Below, piece by piece: positions 11,501 through 23,720 of a stretch of DNA of 64,000 nucleotides; the first letter of the stretch is position 1; the number at the start of each line of letters is the position of its first letter. Location: NCBI GenBank assembly GCA_030324005.1, contig JARDVH010000097.1:63362674-63426673 (forward strand), in the 5' to 3' direction. The notes beneath the pieces are model-generated. The model was not told the DNA's origin and made no database searches. It saw nothing but the letters and a program-made list of their open reading frames with translations. This DNA is from Negaprion brevirostris. Lineage: Eukaryota. A program made the translations under genes and the position numbers.

Positions 11501-14500
11501 AAATGATTGTTTCCTTTGTTGAAACAAAATTGACCAGTTGCTTCACAGCCTGTAGCGGTTTTTTCAGAGGCTAAGTATTGAGCTTAACTTTAGCTAATAC
11601 AAAGACTCGCAACACAGTATCCTGGTGAAAGACGTTTCTTTACTGACCACTGCACGCTGAGAGAGAAGGGCTGGGCAATGCAACTCTTCTCTGAAGTTGT
11701 ATCACAGTGACAATACAATTATACAAGACATTTTACCTGTCTCCTAACTCATCATGAGCAAATCATCATTAATAAATGTCATATACCTTAGTCAATTACA
11801 GATATTCCTAGACAGCATGGGAACAATAATTTTTAGCAGTTTCTGCCTGACTTTCCCACGGCCACCTGTCCTGGACTCTTATCTGGCTGATTCATTAAGT
11901 TCCGTGGAGCCACTAGCTTGTCCTTGCTCAATGAATATCTTATTTACTGAGCTGCCTGGTACCCATGCTGATAAGATCTATGCTTCTATGGGTGTATNNN
12001 NNNNNNNNNNNNNNNNNNNNNNNNNNNNNNNNNNNNNNNNNNNNNNNNNNNNNNNNNNNNNNNNNNNNNNNNNNNNNNNNNNNNNNNNNNNNNNNNNNNN
12101 NNNNNNNNNNNNNNNNNNNNNNNNNNNNNNNNNNNNNNNNNNNCTGCAAACAGTATCTCTGTAAGATAAGGTCGTCTGTGATTCTTACCCTAAGTTAATC
12201 CACTCAGTTCTAATAGTCATTATTAGTATTTTAAATCCCAGAGTATTTTGAAGTTCTCTAGCATAGCCCTCTCTCTGGTCCCATCACTTATTCATGAAAA
12301 GTTAAAATGGCGATTGAAGCTGGTAGACAACGGCACAGTCTCATAGTGTGCCCGTCCATTTTGCGGATACTTCAGCTTGCATTGCATACTACTGCCACCA
12401 GTTTGCAGGAGCTTAGATCTAAGCACTCCACCGGAAATTTATACGGAAATGCTTCTCCCCCAGCATAAGTTATAATTTCTGTGTGGAACATTTTATTCTA
12501 GAATTAAAAACTTAGTTGTATGTCAAGTGGGTATGTGCAGAGTCCTTAAATGGAGGCATTGGACAACATTATGAACTACTGTTCCACAATACTTGCATCT
12601 GATGCAGTTGTATTACTGTATATTTAGTGGAATGGAGATGAACCTCTCTTGGAGTGCCTTTCATTTGTCCTCTATTTAGCATAAAACCCATTGAAATTTC
12701 TACTGTAAATGGTTATGGATAAGTAGTTTTAAAATAAATTCTCAGTGTTGTAATCCTTGGCCATTAACTATTGTATGGTGTTTATAAATCTCTCAGGAAT
12801 GCCATTTACGATATGCTAATAGTAGCTCTTGTGACCAGTTAGGGTACATGCTTTAATTAATCCCTGCACCAGTACTGAATCCATAAGCAACCAGCGGCAA
12901 TTTCAGAATAATGATGGTGATTTTCAAAAGATACTTGTAACACTGCAGTGATTCCCATGTAGACTGTGATAACCAGTGGATAATTATTTACTATGTCATC
13001 TGTGGCATGAGCAGTTTGTGCTGGCAGCTCACATTGAATCTGTGTGACCATTCTCCTTATTCTCGGGCTGCCAAGCAAAGTTTGACAGTTGAATATTGGC
13101 ATGACTCACTCCATTAAACCACTGGCCTGGCACTAGTCTAACAAACTACTCACATGTTAACCTCCACTAGGACTGTAGTCTGAATGTCAAACAACCTGTT
13201 CTATCAATTACCTTGCTGTATATTGTACGCTTTGTATATTTGTTCAGTTGTCCACCAACCCCTCATCCCTATCTCCTAAGTCCTTAGTTTGTTCATGCTT
13301 CTACAAATATAACAAATTCTTTGACATTATATTTGTATTACACGGTGCATCTTACAGAGCACTATTGTGTGTTGGTAAAATGTTGAAGTAATTTGGCAGC
13401 TATGATCTGGATAGTATGATCAGTCACAGTACAGTATTTTTTGGTATTAGTGATACCTTTCTTTGCTCAGACATGTAACCTACTGTATTCAGAGAAGTTA
13501 TTGTATTGCACGCGACTCCTCATTCTGTGCGATCCCTGTTGTAACAGTTGACTTACCAACCCCTCACAAGGATGAATCTACTATGCTCAAAACCATTCGG
13601 AAAACCTGGGCATAAATATTTTTATTTTGGGTGAATTNNNNNNNNNNNNNNNNNNNNNCCTGTATTTATTTTTATCCTTTCTGCTATTCAACTCATCAGA
13701 AAAACTGATGATAAACTCATGGGTTCAAATGCTGAATTACCCAGACTGCCATTAGCCCTTCTGTTTTTCAACAGTTATTTCAGAGCCCACTTGATTATAA
13801 ATCAGTAGAACTAATAATCTAACAGATCTGCAATTTGGATAACCCAACTTGTTTTGCTTTTCAAAATGCCCAGGGGTCACTAGTTAGGAACTGTCAACTG
13901 GAACAGGAATAACTTTTAAAATAATTAAAGTGGTATACAAATAAAATCTATGGAATGGTCCCTTTAATGAAAAGTTGGATCAAGAAATAAACAGAGACAG
14001 GATACAGAGCTATTGCATCTCAGGCAGAGCAATTAGCTTTGAAGCTGCCTTTCTTTCGTTTGGAGATTTAATCCATGGAGCTTAGCGATTTGAAATGATT
14101 GTTTGTACCGTCTTCTGGTGAAGCTGGAAGGGCTCCAGCACATGTTTAAGCAGTGAACCTGGATCTTTGATATTAATCAGTACTAAGCCACCTTAAGTTG
14201 ATGCATCCTATTAAAATGTAATGTGAATCACTAACGTGAAACAGTTCTATGCTGTTTTTGAATTGAGACTCTGGTATCTTATGGAAATCTTATCTGGAGT
14301 CAGTCTGTGGTCCTGTGTTTGTGTGAAACATGCCTGACTGCTCTGGCAAATGATGTTTATCTTTGAGTGCACTTTGTCTTTCCTTATCGATTTTTTTTTC
14401 CATAGAATTTCCTGCACAGAACTTAAAATGTTGATAGTTATCAATAACTTATCTTATCAATGTTTCAGAACCTACATATTCTTAAAAATATCGAAGAATG

Positions 14501-14533
14501 GAGAAATGAACAATGTGAAACCGCCTGTAATAA

Positions 14534-14756
14534 GGGCAGGATTCTTCAACACCCCTAACCTCCCATCTGTAGTGTATTTTCCGGTGACTAAGGTGGCCCA
14601 CCATTGTCCGGCAGTGGGATCTTTTGGTCCTGCTGGTATATACTAGCCTTTGCCCACCCCACACTCTCCGTCTCAAGGGAATGTGCCATGGCGAGAGGTT
14701 GCCATTGACAGGACTGGAAGATCCCACCAGTTGGAAGGGCTGGAAAATTTCTGATC
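14534..14756. mobile_element. MITE, same family as 6233 and 31682
   Basis: gggcaggattcttc…ccattgacaggactggaagatcccaccag…ggaaaatttctg. Confidence 0.65.
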
Positions 14757-15250
14757 TATTTTACACATATACAAGTGTTAAATTTAAAAAAAGTAAAACT
14801 GCACATTTAAGGGGAAAAAATCTGTTCACCTAACAGTGCTGCACAAATTTACTTTGCTTCCTCAAAGCAAGCAGCGCCATGGACACACTTGCTACAAATG
14901 TCATACTTTTTCACTGTTATTTCTGTAATAACCAATGTCACATCTGACTGACACTTAAACTTGCCAATGGCTATTCATTATATTTAGTCACATTGAGTCC
15001 TCTCAGCTCCGTCTCTAAGACAACAGGCATGATAACATTCTTCTGTGTGATGGTTTGGGAATGCAAACAGCATATAATACAGCATTGGAGCATGTGAACT
15101 TTCCAAAGCTACAGAAGAGGTATGATGGTAGACGCCTGAATGTTATAATATTTCATTTTCCTCTCATGACCCAAAGCAAGATGGCACCTCTGCATCCTTA
15201 CCTACCCCATCATTCACCATTATTCTCTCATTTGGCAGCTCAGAGAAAAT

Positions 15251-15400
15251 TCACTGGGAGCTGTAGACAGTTCAGGTCTCACTGGGAGGTGGGGACAGTT
15301 CAAGTCTCACTGGGAAGTGTGGATAGTTCAGGTCTCACTGGGAAGTGGGGACGGTTCAGGTCTTACTGGGAGATGGGGACAGTTCAGGTGTCACTGGGAG
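15251..15400. repeat. Minisatellite, 28-bp unit x ~5.4
   Basis: tcactgggaggtggggacagttcaggtc starting at 15251, 15279, 15307, 15335, 15363 and 15391. Confidence 0.95.
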
Positions 15401-16160
15401 AAACAGAATTCATGAGGGTGCCAGAGGATTTAGAATCTACAAATGGTGAGCCGAAGTTCTGGAAGCCTAGCCTTGACTGTAGCAAACATACACTCCAATG
15501 TCACAGATCTGGACGAGCATCATGCTGATGGAGATTTAAGGGCCATCTCAAGGTATCCAGGATACATTTACAAGGATTATAGTGGAGTCCAAAGCCGTCT
15601 TCACTGTCAATATCTGAATGGGGTCCAAGACTTTTCACCAGTACCCGAAGTAGAGCTTCTAAATCTGAGCCACATCCCAGATACTCCCACCTTCTCCCCC
15701 GAGGCACTCCAAATTGGAGCTGCATCAAATTTTGACGATCTGATTACTGGTTACCAGGTATGGGAAACATTTGGAGAGATTGATCTCAGCTAACTTTGGG
15801 TGTCATCCCTCCACTTGCTGATCACTTGATACTCCAATCCAATTGGTAAACCTATGACACCGTTCTCTCTCTAGATGACAACTCATTACATTTTTTCAGT
15901 CGGCTTCCCCAAACACCCACTTGTGTGGCCATTAAGGCCACACTTCCCATGCATTCACATTGGCAGTGTAGCCTGCTGGAAAATGCTTCTGGGATTTTGA
16001 GGTCTTGAGGAGAAGGGTCATCTCTGTCCTAAAATACTCATGAAACCACAATGCAGCCTGNNNNNNNNNNNNNNNNNNNNNNNNNNNNNNNNNNNNNNNN
16101 NNNNNNNNNNNNNNNNNNNNNNNNNNNNNNNNNNNNNNNNNNNNNNNNNNNNNNNNNNNN

Positions 16161-16232
16161 TCTTATTGAATGGCGGGGCAGGCTCGAAGGGCTAGATGGC
16201 CTACTCCTGCTCCTATTTCTTATGTTCTTATG
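16161..16232 (+). mobile_element. CR1/HER1 3' tail next to a gap
   Basis: attgaatggcggggcaggctcgaagggctagatggcctactcctgctcctatttcttatgttcttatg. Confidence 0.85.
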
Positions 16233-16694
16233 AGGCACCAAGGGTGGTATGATGTTCAGAAGAAGCACACACTATAAATGTGCATAATTAAAACAATTTG
16301 TGATATAAAATCCATTGTTCCAAACTATGCCTTTTTTTGTGTTTTCAAGGTTTAGAATTCTGTAATAGGACCCGCTTTCTTCTGTGCCTCCTTATTGAAA
16401 CATTGTTTATCTGTTACATTCCAAGGAAATGGCATTCATTCTTTGTAGCTTCTAGTTTAAAGTTACTGCTTAGAAAAGGAAGACCTGAATGCATTGAGCC
16501 TTTAATGATTTCAGGAGTTCTGAAGTGTAATCAGTATTGTAACGTAAGCAAACACAGCAACAATTTTGGAATGACAAGGTTTCACAAACAACAATGATAT
16601 AAAATGATGAATAATCTGTATGAATGGGTGAAGTATAAAATATTGGTCCAAAGCTTTTTCTTCTGCTTTTCTTTGAATAAAGGGCTTTCATTGC

Positions 16695-16877
16695 TTTTAT
16701 GTCCACCAGAGATTGCAGATGGGGCCATGGTGTAATGTCTTTTTCAGGCCCTCTGACAATACTGCGCACTCTCAACATTGCACTGAACGTGTCAGGTTAC
16801 ATTATCTGAAGTATGGCTTGAACCCAAGACATTCTGAATCAGATGTGAGAGTACTGCCATGGTGCCAAACCTGTCAG
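16695..16877 (-). mobile_element. Deu-SINE (SacSINE1-like) 5' part
   Basis: cttgaacccaagacattctgaatcagatgtgagagtact (antisense tRNA-like head) and tccacc.gaga..gcagatggggcc; compare 46800-46965. Confidence 0.65.
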
Positions 16878-17880
16878 TTGGGTTCAGCATTCTCCTTTCT
16901 CATAGTCAGGTCTCATGTAATACTATATTTCTCTTTAACTTCTCATTGTTTTTGCTTCAGTTTTTGCAAATTAATTGAAGAAAATGTTTGAGTAAAATTG
17001 ATATTGAATTTTTATTGGAAGTATTGCTTTTCAAAACAGGCCATGTGTGTTTTTGTGTATTTATGAATAAATATAAATGACCATTAGCACAAGTATCATA
17101 CCTTTTGTGTTCTGAAAATGTAAATTTCTGTAAAAGTATTACGTTCAGAGTGATTGAGTCCTTCATCACAAATCTAACCTTACTCTCTCACCAACTGCAA
17201 ATGAATTTAAGTCATAAAAGTAAAGAGGAACCCGTCCTCTCTCTGCTGTGCTGGGTGGCAAGGCATCCGAGCATACAATGCAATAGTGAGCCCGATTTTA
17301 GTTCTAATGGATGCCAGCTGGATTACCAGGGCTCAACAAACTGGACAACAAAATAGTGCTAAGGTACTTTTTATAAAACTCCCTGCCTAAGTCAGGAGGA
17401 GCAGGCGTGCTTGTTCCAAGCCCTCAGTCAGCCTCCACCCCATTCCCTGTGGCGACAGCCCCCAAAAAGCAAGTCTTGATTTGCAATCTGATGGACCTCC
17501 TGCTGCTTGATTTCCCACCTAACCTGGTGTCAAATTGGGCACAGACATTCGCTTCCGCAGCCTTGCTGGGTTTCCCTTGCATGAGCTCCCCTGCACTCTC
17601 CTCACTTCTCTGTAAATGTCAGGGCCAGAGTGTTTCTCCTCATTGTAATTGAGTGACGGATCTCAAATCATCCCTACACACCTAGTTGTGTTAAGAGTGG
17701 TCTTTAATTATTTGCTTCCATCTGTGTTCAGTTAGGAATGCAAATTTGTCAAAAGTCAATGGATAGAAAAATCGAGTTCGATGAATACGATATCCCTAGT
17801 TTTTCACTTTGCCAAAATAAAAGCACTCCCGTAGTTTTTTACCTCAGTGAAATTGATTTGTGAAAACTTTAAATATTACT

Positions 17881-17946
17881 TGTGTTTATTGATAGTAGAA
17901 TGTGTGTTTATTGATAGTAGAATGCGTCTTTATTGGTAGCAGAATG
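17881..17946. repeat. Tandem repeat, 22-bp unit x3
   Basis: tgtgtttattgatagtagaatg repeated; third copy diverged. Confidence 0.9.
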
Positions 17947-19184
17947 ATAGTATTCAGATTGTTAGTAATAAGCAGCCCTGGTATTATCCTCTCTGTGGCA
18001 TGGACACTTCTGTTATGAAAGTGACACAGCTGACTCACTACAAACAATGCCATGAGGGATGTGCTGGCAATATATCTGAAGCATGCTAAGTATGTGACTT
18101 TATCACACTTCTCTATTATACCTCAGCATCACACTATTATATCAACCTTTTTATATTCAAATTCTTGCAGTGTAAGTTCTTCCCATTAATTTATTCAAGC
18201 TCAGTGCCACTTTCTTCCAGCTAATTGGCTAGTATGCAAATGTATTAGATGCTTCATGTTTAATACCTGTAATTCAACCATATATGCAGCTTTCTGAGAA
18301 GAGACAATGACCCACGTGAATTAGATCACTGAACAAATTCTGTTACATTTTTGTCTTTTCCCTTCAACAAACCTACTAAAATAAGGTTTATATCCGAAGA
18401 GGAAAACATATTTCAGAATAATGATGACATGATTACACTTCATGTTGTCTTTTGTACTTCTTGACTAGTTTCATTAATGTATTTTTTTGGGAAGTACTAC
18501 ATCTGCAGCATTTATCTATTACTTTCTCAGTGCATCTCAATGTAACAGTTGGTGTTTCCTCTTGGTGTGAAAAGATTTCTTGACTTCTTCATTCATTTCA
18601 AAATAAAAATGAGAAGAAATTTTCATTTTTTTTTGCGTTTAAACAATTATGGATTTAGGGACTGCTCCTTTTCCACTCCCGGATAGAATTTGGTCTAAAG
18701 AGAGAAGCATTTGTGCCAAACAAATCTGCTCACTCATGTTTGTTTATGCTCACAAACACAAATCAATATTTATTTCTTCACATAAGTTCTTTATTCAGAA
18801 TTTGCCAGTGAAATTAAATTGAGTTTGAAGCTGAAATTAAATGGTAGGGTTGGACTTTGCTGACTTTTGCTGCTAATATCTTCACTCCTTCTGATTCATT
18901 ATAATCCACACCAATCATAATAAGCCTTTATTTTTGGCTCCATATGCAATAAGGGATCCTTCTCTTCAACATTTACACTGCCTGCTTCTTTGCAGTTAAC
19001 TTGAAAGAAAAATACATTTACTTATTTGAAGAAGAATGCCTTTCAAGCCATGCACTTATTTATTGTTCCAGAGTCAGATGTAGAGGCAGGAATGTAGGAG
19101 ATGGTTAGTTATTTTATAAAATATTGCTTGTTTATCTTCTAGGAGCAAGCCAAAAATACTTAGTATCTGCATGCAGACTTATAT

Positions 19185-19915
19185 GGTAGAATCTTCAGTC
19201 CTTAGTTGTATGAAAAACTGGAATGATACATTCACTGACTCTGAGAAGGTCTGTTCTATTGTCTGATCATCAGGCAGTTAAATGGGCATCAGTAGGCATT
19301 CCTCCAGACTGAGGACCTTGGAAGACAATCTCCTACCCTCATAGCACTGTTGACTAATCAGAGCCTGGCAGCTCTTGCACTTGGTAGCACCAGAGAGGCT
19401 GTTGGAGCAAGAGGTCCTGGAGTCCCAGGATCATAAAGTAACCTAGGAGGAAAAGCAAATGCTGCTGGGGGTGGTGGATGGGGGTGAAAGGGAGGGGGGG
19501 ATCTTGCAGGGTGTGGGTTTTGGGGAGCTGAGGGCTGTGGGACTCAGCAGCAAGAGTTGGGTTGAGGGGAGGGTGATTGTCTGTCTAAAGCCACCCCTCT
19601 GTCCCATGTTCACGCACAGATTAATGCAGATGAGGGAACACCCTCCTCCACGCTACCCCCCAAGCTGACATGCAGCCTGCATTTCTACCAGTTGTGCAGG
19701 CCACACACTTGCAGGGTCACCTACTGCTGGGAAGATTCCAGCGGACGTGGGAAAAGGGCCCTAAGTGGATGCTAATTGGCAATTGGATGACTATGAGTTT
19801 GCCCACCCAGAACTTCTGGTGGAAGAAGGAAAGCATCACGTATTAGTCCCAATGCCCACCCACCACCTTCCTTGCCTCATGGTTAGGAGTGCAGTGGTGT
19901 GAAAAATTCCAGCCA
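19185..19915. mobile_element. Decayed non-autonomous TIR element
   Basis: Ends ggtagaatcttc / gaaaaattccagcc resemble the MITE TIR at 6233; GC-rich interior. Confidence 0.5.
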
Positions 19916-21904
19916 TAAACGTACAAATCGTTGCTATTAGATATAGAATTCTCTCCAGTACTCATAGGTCCGGTCCCAGTTCTGTCAAACACAGTGCTAT
20001 AAAAACACTAGATTGCTCTCCCCTAATGATCCCAGATTCCACAATTCACAATTTAGTATAGAGTCACTCTGATGCCAAACCTCATACCTTCTCTCATTGA
20101 CACAAAGCTCAAATCCAGTTAGAGCTCCAATGCTAGACTATGCACCATTCCCGGTGTTGTAAAGCTGTTTAATTCCTTCCCTCCGCAGTTAAACACCAGC
20201 AAAGTCCCCTCGCTGTTAAAGACTTTTTCTACTCGAAAAATAAAAGCGTTCCATCTTCCATCTCTCAACCAAGTAAGCGTAAATTTCATTAACAAAAATG
20301 GACCAGTGGGATTTGAACAACTCATACCAATTTTCTTGCTTATGTTTAGAAATCTTTTAATGAATCAGCCACAGATTTCCAAGTGCTGATTCAGTGGGTT
20401 CGTTTAAGAGCTTCAACAAATTTCAATTTTACTGTCGCCATACATGACTATTCTACTCTAGACAGGGTAGGGCAACTTGTACAAGCTCCACTCAGCCAAG
20501 ACTTGTTCTTGCAGAAATTTTAACTGGTAATTAAGTGGCTGTTACACTCAAGTACTCTTATCACCATGAAAATGGAAGTTTGATACGTGTTTAACAGGTT
20601 TCCTGATACTGGGTGACAATTAAGAGCAGATTTTATTCTATATATTACTTAGCTTCAATATTTAAATCCTTCTTCCTACTGTTTAACATCCACCTTCTTT
20701 CATTAACAACATAATGTTTGCTATCAGTCATTTTGAAAAATGATTCTTTGGCCGATGTTTTAAATCATTCAAAACTCATCCACTTGCACAAAAAGTTAAA
20801 ATTGGACTTTTTGTTTTTCTCTTTCTACTGTTTATCTGTTTGAATTATGCACATTTAATGGAGATCAGTCCCTTTGTCTCTCATTTGAAATAATTGTTGT
20901 ATATTTTCTTTTATTAAACCAATGGACCATAAATAATCCTGCCCTCGTCTGTACTTGACTAAACCAGACATGTTTTTGAAGACGTCAGTTTCCTCAGGCA
21001 TCTACATTGTGAGATGATATTCTTTTAGAGTATGTTCAATCACTGAGTTATGCAAAACCCTTGTTTGACGTGCCCTCTTTCTGTCTGCCTTCTCTTCTGC
21101 TTTTTTTTTGTAACATCTGAATTTTACATTTTCTAAAACCTCAGGCAGTCAGGCAATTGCTGGTGGGGAAAAGAAACTTGTGAGCAATCTGTACCACAGC
21201 AATCATTTAAAAATTTACCTTTATTGGTGGTGGTCACCCAGCAGTCATTGTCAAAGATTTGATTGAAGCAGACTTGACTGTTCTGCTTTGTAATATTGAA
21301 TATAGCAGAAAGCACCTAAAATAGGCATTAGGCCTCTCAATTTGGTAAATAAGAGTCCTAATTAGGGACCCCAGAAAACTTGTATTACCCAGTTTCAGGT
21401 TAGATATCATTCAGATATATTGGACCTGTGTGGTTGGGCTCCACAAATTGACCCTCACTGAGCCATTTTAAATGGATGTATTGAAGTCCAATTTCTATTC
21501 TAATGGGTCAAATTGTTGTAAACTTCTATGTTCTTTTAATATCAGTGCACATTCTGCTTGTAAGATGACCATTTTGCAACCAAACGTATATTTTCTCTCA
21601 GCGTTGCCTTCAGGGCAGCCATCTGGAGTTATTTGCATGCTTTCAAAAGCGATGTGGCTTTGATTTGCTACCTCGGGATGTAGAGTGCTGAAAGATTAGC
21701 TGAAAGTTTAGGTATTCAAAACTCAGCATAAGTTTTGTTCTACTTTGGGCCCTTACTTCACATGAACGTTGTAATAAATTAAGTCTGTCTCATTCTTAAC
21801 CCTACACACTAGTTTCTATTTCTGAATTCTCTCTTTGAATGGATCCAGTATTTACACTGTTAGTCAAAGTGTTTGCTCTTTCCTCTTGTCGATTGTTCCT
21901 CTAA

Positions 21905-22325
21905 TAGTTTGGAACAGTGACAGTGCATGGCTGGGGAAGCTGGAACATGGAGATTAATGACAAGACTCGAATAAAGCATTTGAAATGAAAGGATTTGGAT
22001 AGATACTACGTGTGTCATGAGCAGCCAAGCAGACAAACTAGTGGGTGCCCGAGGAAGCTGGTGTAAAGAGCAGCTTGTCTGAGGCAGTGATATCAAGGAA
22101 GCTCAAATATTCTGGACATGTTATGTGAACAAGACGGGAGTGTTTGGAAATGAGGTAATGCAAGGCAAAACACCTGGGAAACGTGCACATGTAAGACCTA
22201 AGATGGGCGGATAATGGACTGGCCTCTCTATGGGACAGGCAGCGGAGAATACAAATCAGTGGAGGAAAATTGCTTGTAGTGCCGTCAACCCTCGGAATGA
22301 GGATGAATGAAAGACGAGACAAAAT
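21905..22325 (+). mobile_element. RTE-clade LINE 3' fragment
   Basis: Broken translation HGWGSW…RI/AFEMKG…ILRVS*AAKQTN…RKLKYSGHVM…EVMQGKTPGKR..RP matches the RTE C-terminus (YGCESW…AFEM…ILRVSW…KLKYFGH…GKR.RGRP). Confidence 0.75.
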
Positions 22326-22354
22326 ACCTCACTCAGTGTTGGAAAGATCACCAC

Positions 22355-22470
22355 AAGAAAAGAAAGGCTTCCATTTATATTGTGCCTTCTTGACCTTGGA
22401 ATGTTTCAAGGTGCTTAAAGTCTTTTTCAACCAATGAAGTACTTTTAAAGTGTAGTCACTGTTGTGATGA
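22355..22470 (-). mobile_element. Deu-SINE 3' fragment
   Basis: catttatattgtgccttc…ccaatgaagtacttttaaagtgtagtcactgttg. Confidence 0.7.
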
Positions 22471-23079
22471 TTAAAGTGGCAGCATTAATGTGTAAAGGGT
22501 AGCAAAGTGATGGCAAGAAATGGATGACAGCAGATCACCCACTTGTTGTATGCAGTGCCTGACACTTGGCTACATTGCAATCTGTGGAATTAAATATCAT
22601 GCCCAACATATAACAGGCAGCCAGTTCGATAAAGCAAATTTCTGTCTCCAAATTCTGTAACAGAGCTATGCGTATTTTCTCAATGGATGTTATTTGCATG
22701 GGGCAGTTGAATTCTTTCCAAGAACAAAGAAGACAGTACAGTATTGTGATAGGTAACCTAGCATTCTACCACATTTCTGAGTACATTACCAATTATCAAA
22801 GCACTTTACATTGTTGTGACCTATTCAATATAAATATCTATTATCTCCCATTACTGACGCCTGTACTGTCAGCTGAGGTCTGCACAGTAAACCTCAGTGA
22901 CTGGATCCCCATGTTTAAACATGTTTTGTTATATTAACCCACATCAGTGAAATTATAACAGGAATATATTTTCTGAAGCTAAGATGTTCGTCAAGGCAAA
23001 ATTGTGGGCATTATTATTGCAGATAAATAATGCCACCCAGTTTGATTTCACAAGAGTACTGTAAGTCTTGGTGACCAAT

Positions 23080-23360
23080 TGCAGTACTGAGGGAGGGGGA
23101 CACTTTTCAGATTAGGAGTGAAAGCAAAGCCCCATCTGTGCTCTCAGGTGGATGTAAAGAAGTTCATAAAGGGGAGCAGATCTCCTTTCTGGTCGTTAGC
23201 ACATTGCTTGTTTATGAGAACCTCCTCTGTGCACTTTGGTTGCTGTATTGTTCTGCATCACAACAGTGGCTACACTTTAAGTACTTCATTGACTTCAAAA
23301 TGCTTTGGGATGTTGAGATTCTGAAACATGAAGTATAAATACAAGTTCTTCTTCTTTTCA
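23080..23360 (+). mobile_element. Deu-SINE (SacSINE1-like)
   Basis: gcagtactgaggga…ctctcaggtggatgtaaa…acaacagtggctacactt.aagtacttcattg…tataaatacaagttc. Confidence 0.75.
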
Positions 23361-23584
23361 CACAAAATTGAAATAACGGTGCCCTTGAGCAGCTGTCCTT
23401 ATCCAGATTAACAGTTTAGATAGTCCCATGAATGTTAGATCACCTGCCTTGATGTGGTTTACTGATGAGTCAGATCTTCATGATGTACATTGATTTATTT
23501 TTACATTCACAACTGAAAATGACTGGAGATTTGTTTTACGCTTTCTTTACAAGACCCCAGTGGATGACCTTTCCTATGTTCACA

Positions 23585-23720
23585 AAACCAAACTGCTGCA
23601 TATTCTGAAAATAAGGAAGAAAAACTGATGGGGCCGCCAACATTCGGCAAGTCAGACAGCATCTGTGGAGGGAAGGAAAGACAGTTAACCTTTCCTGCTG
23701 GTGACCTTTTATCAGAGCTG
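23585..23720 (-). mobile_element. Penelope-type terminal-repeat remnant with degenerate hammerhead core
   Basis: gtcagacagcatctgtggag…gttaacctttc…gaccttttatcag; reverse strand CUGAUAA-aaggucaccagcag-GAAA-GGUUAAC. Confidence 0.5.
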
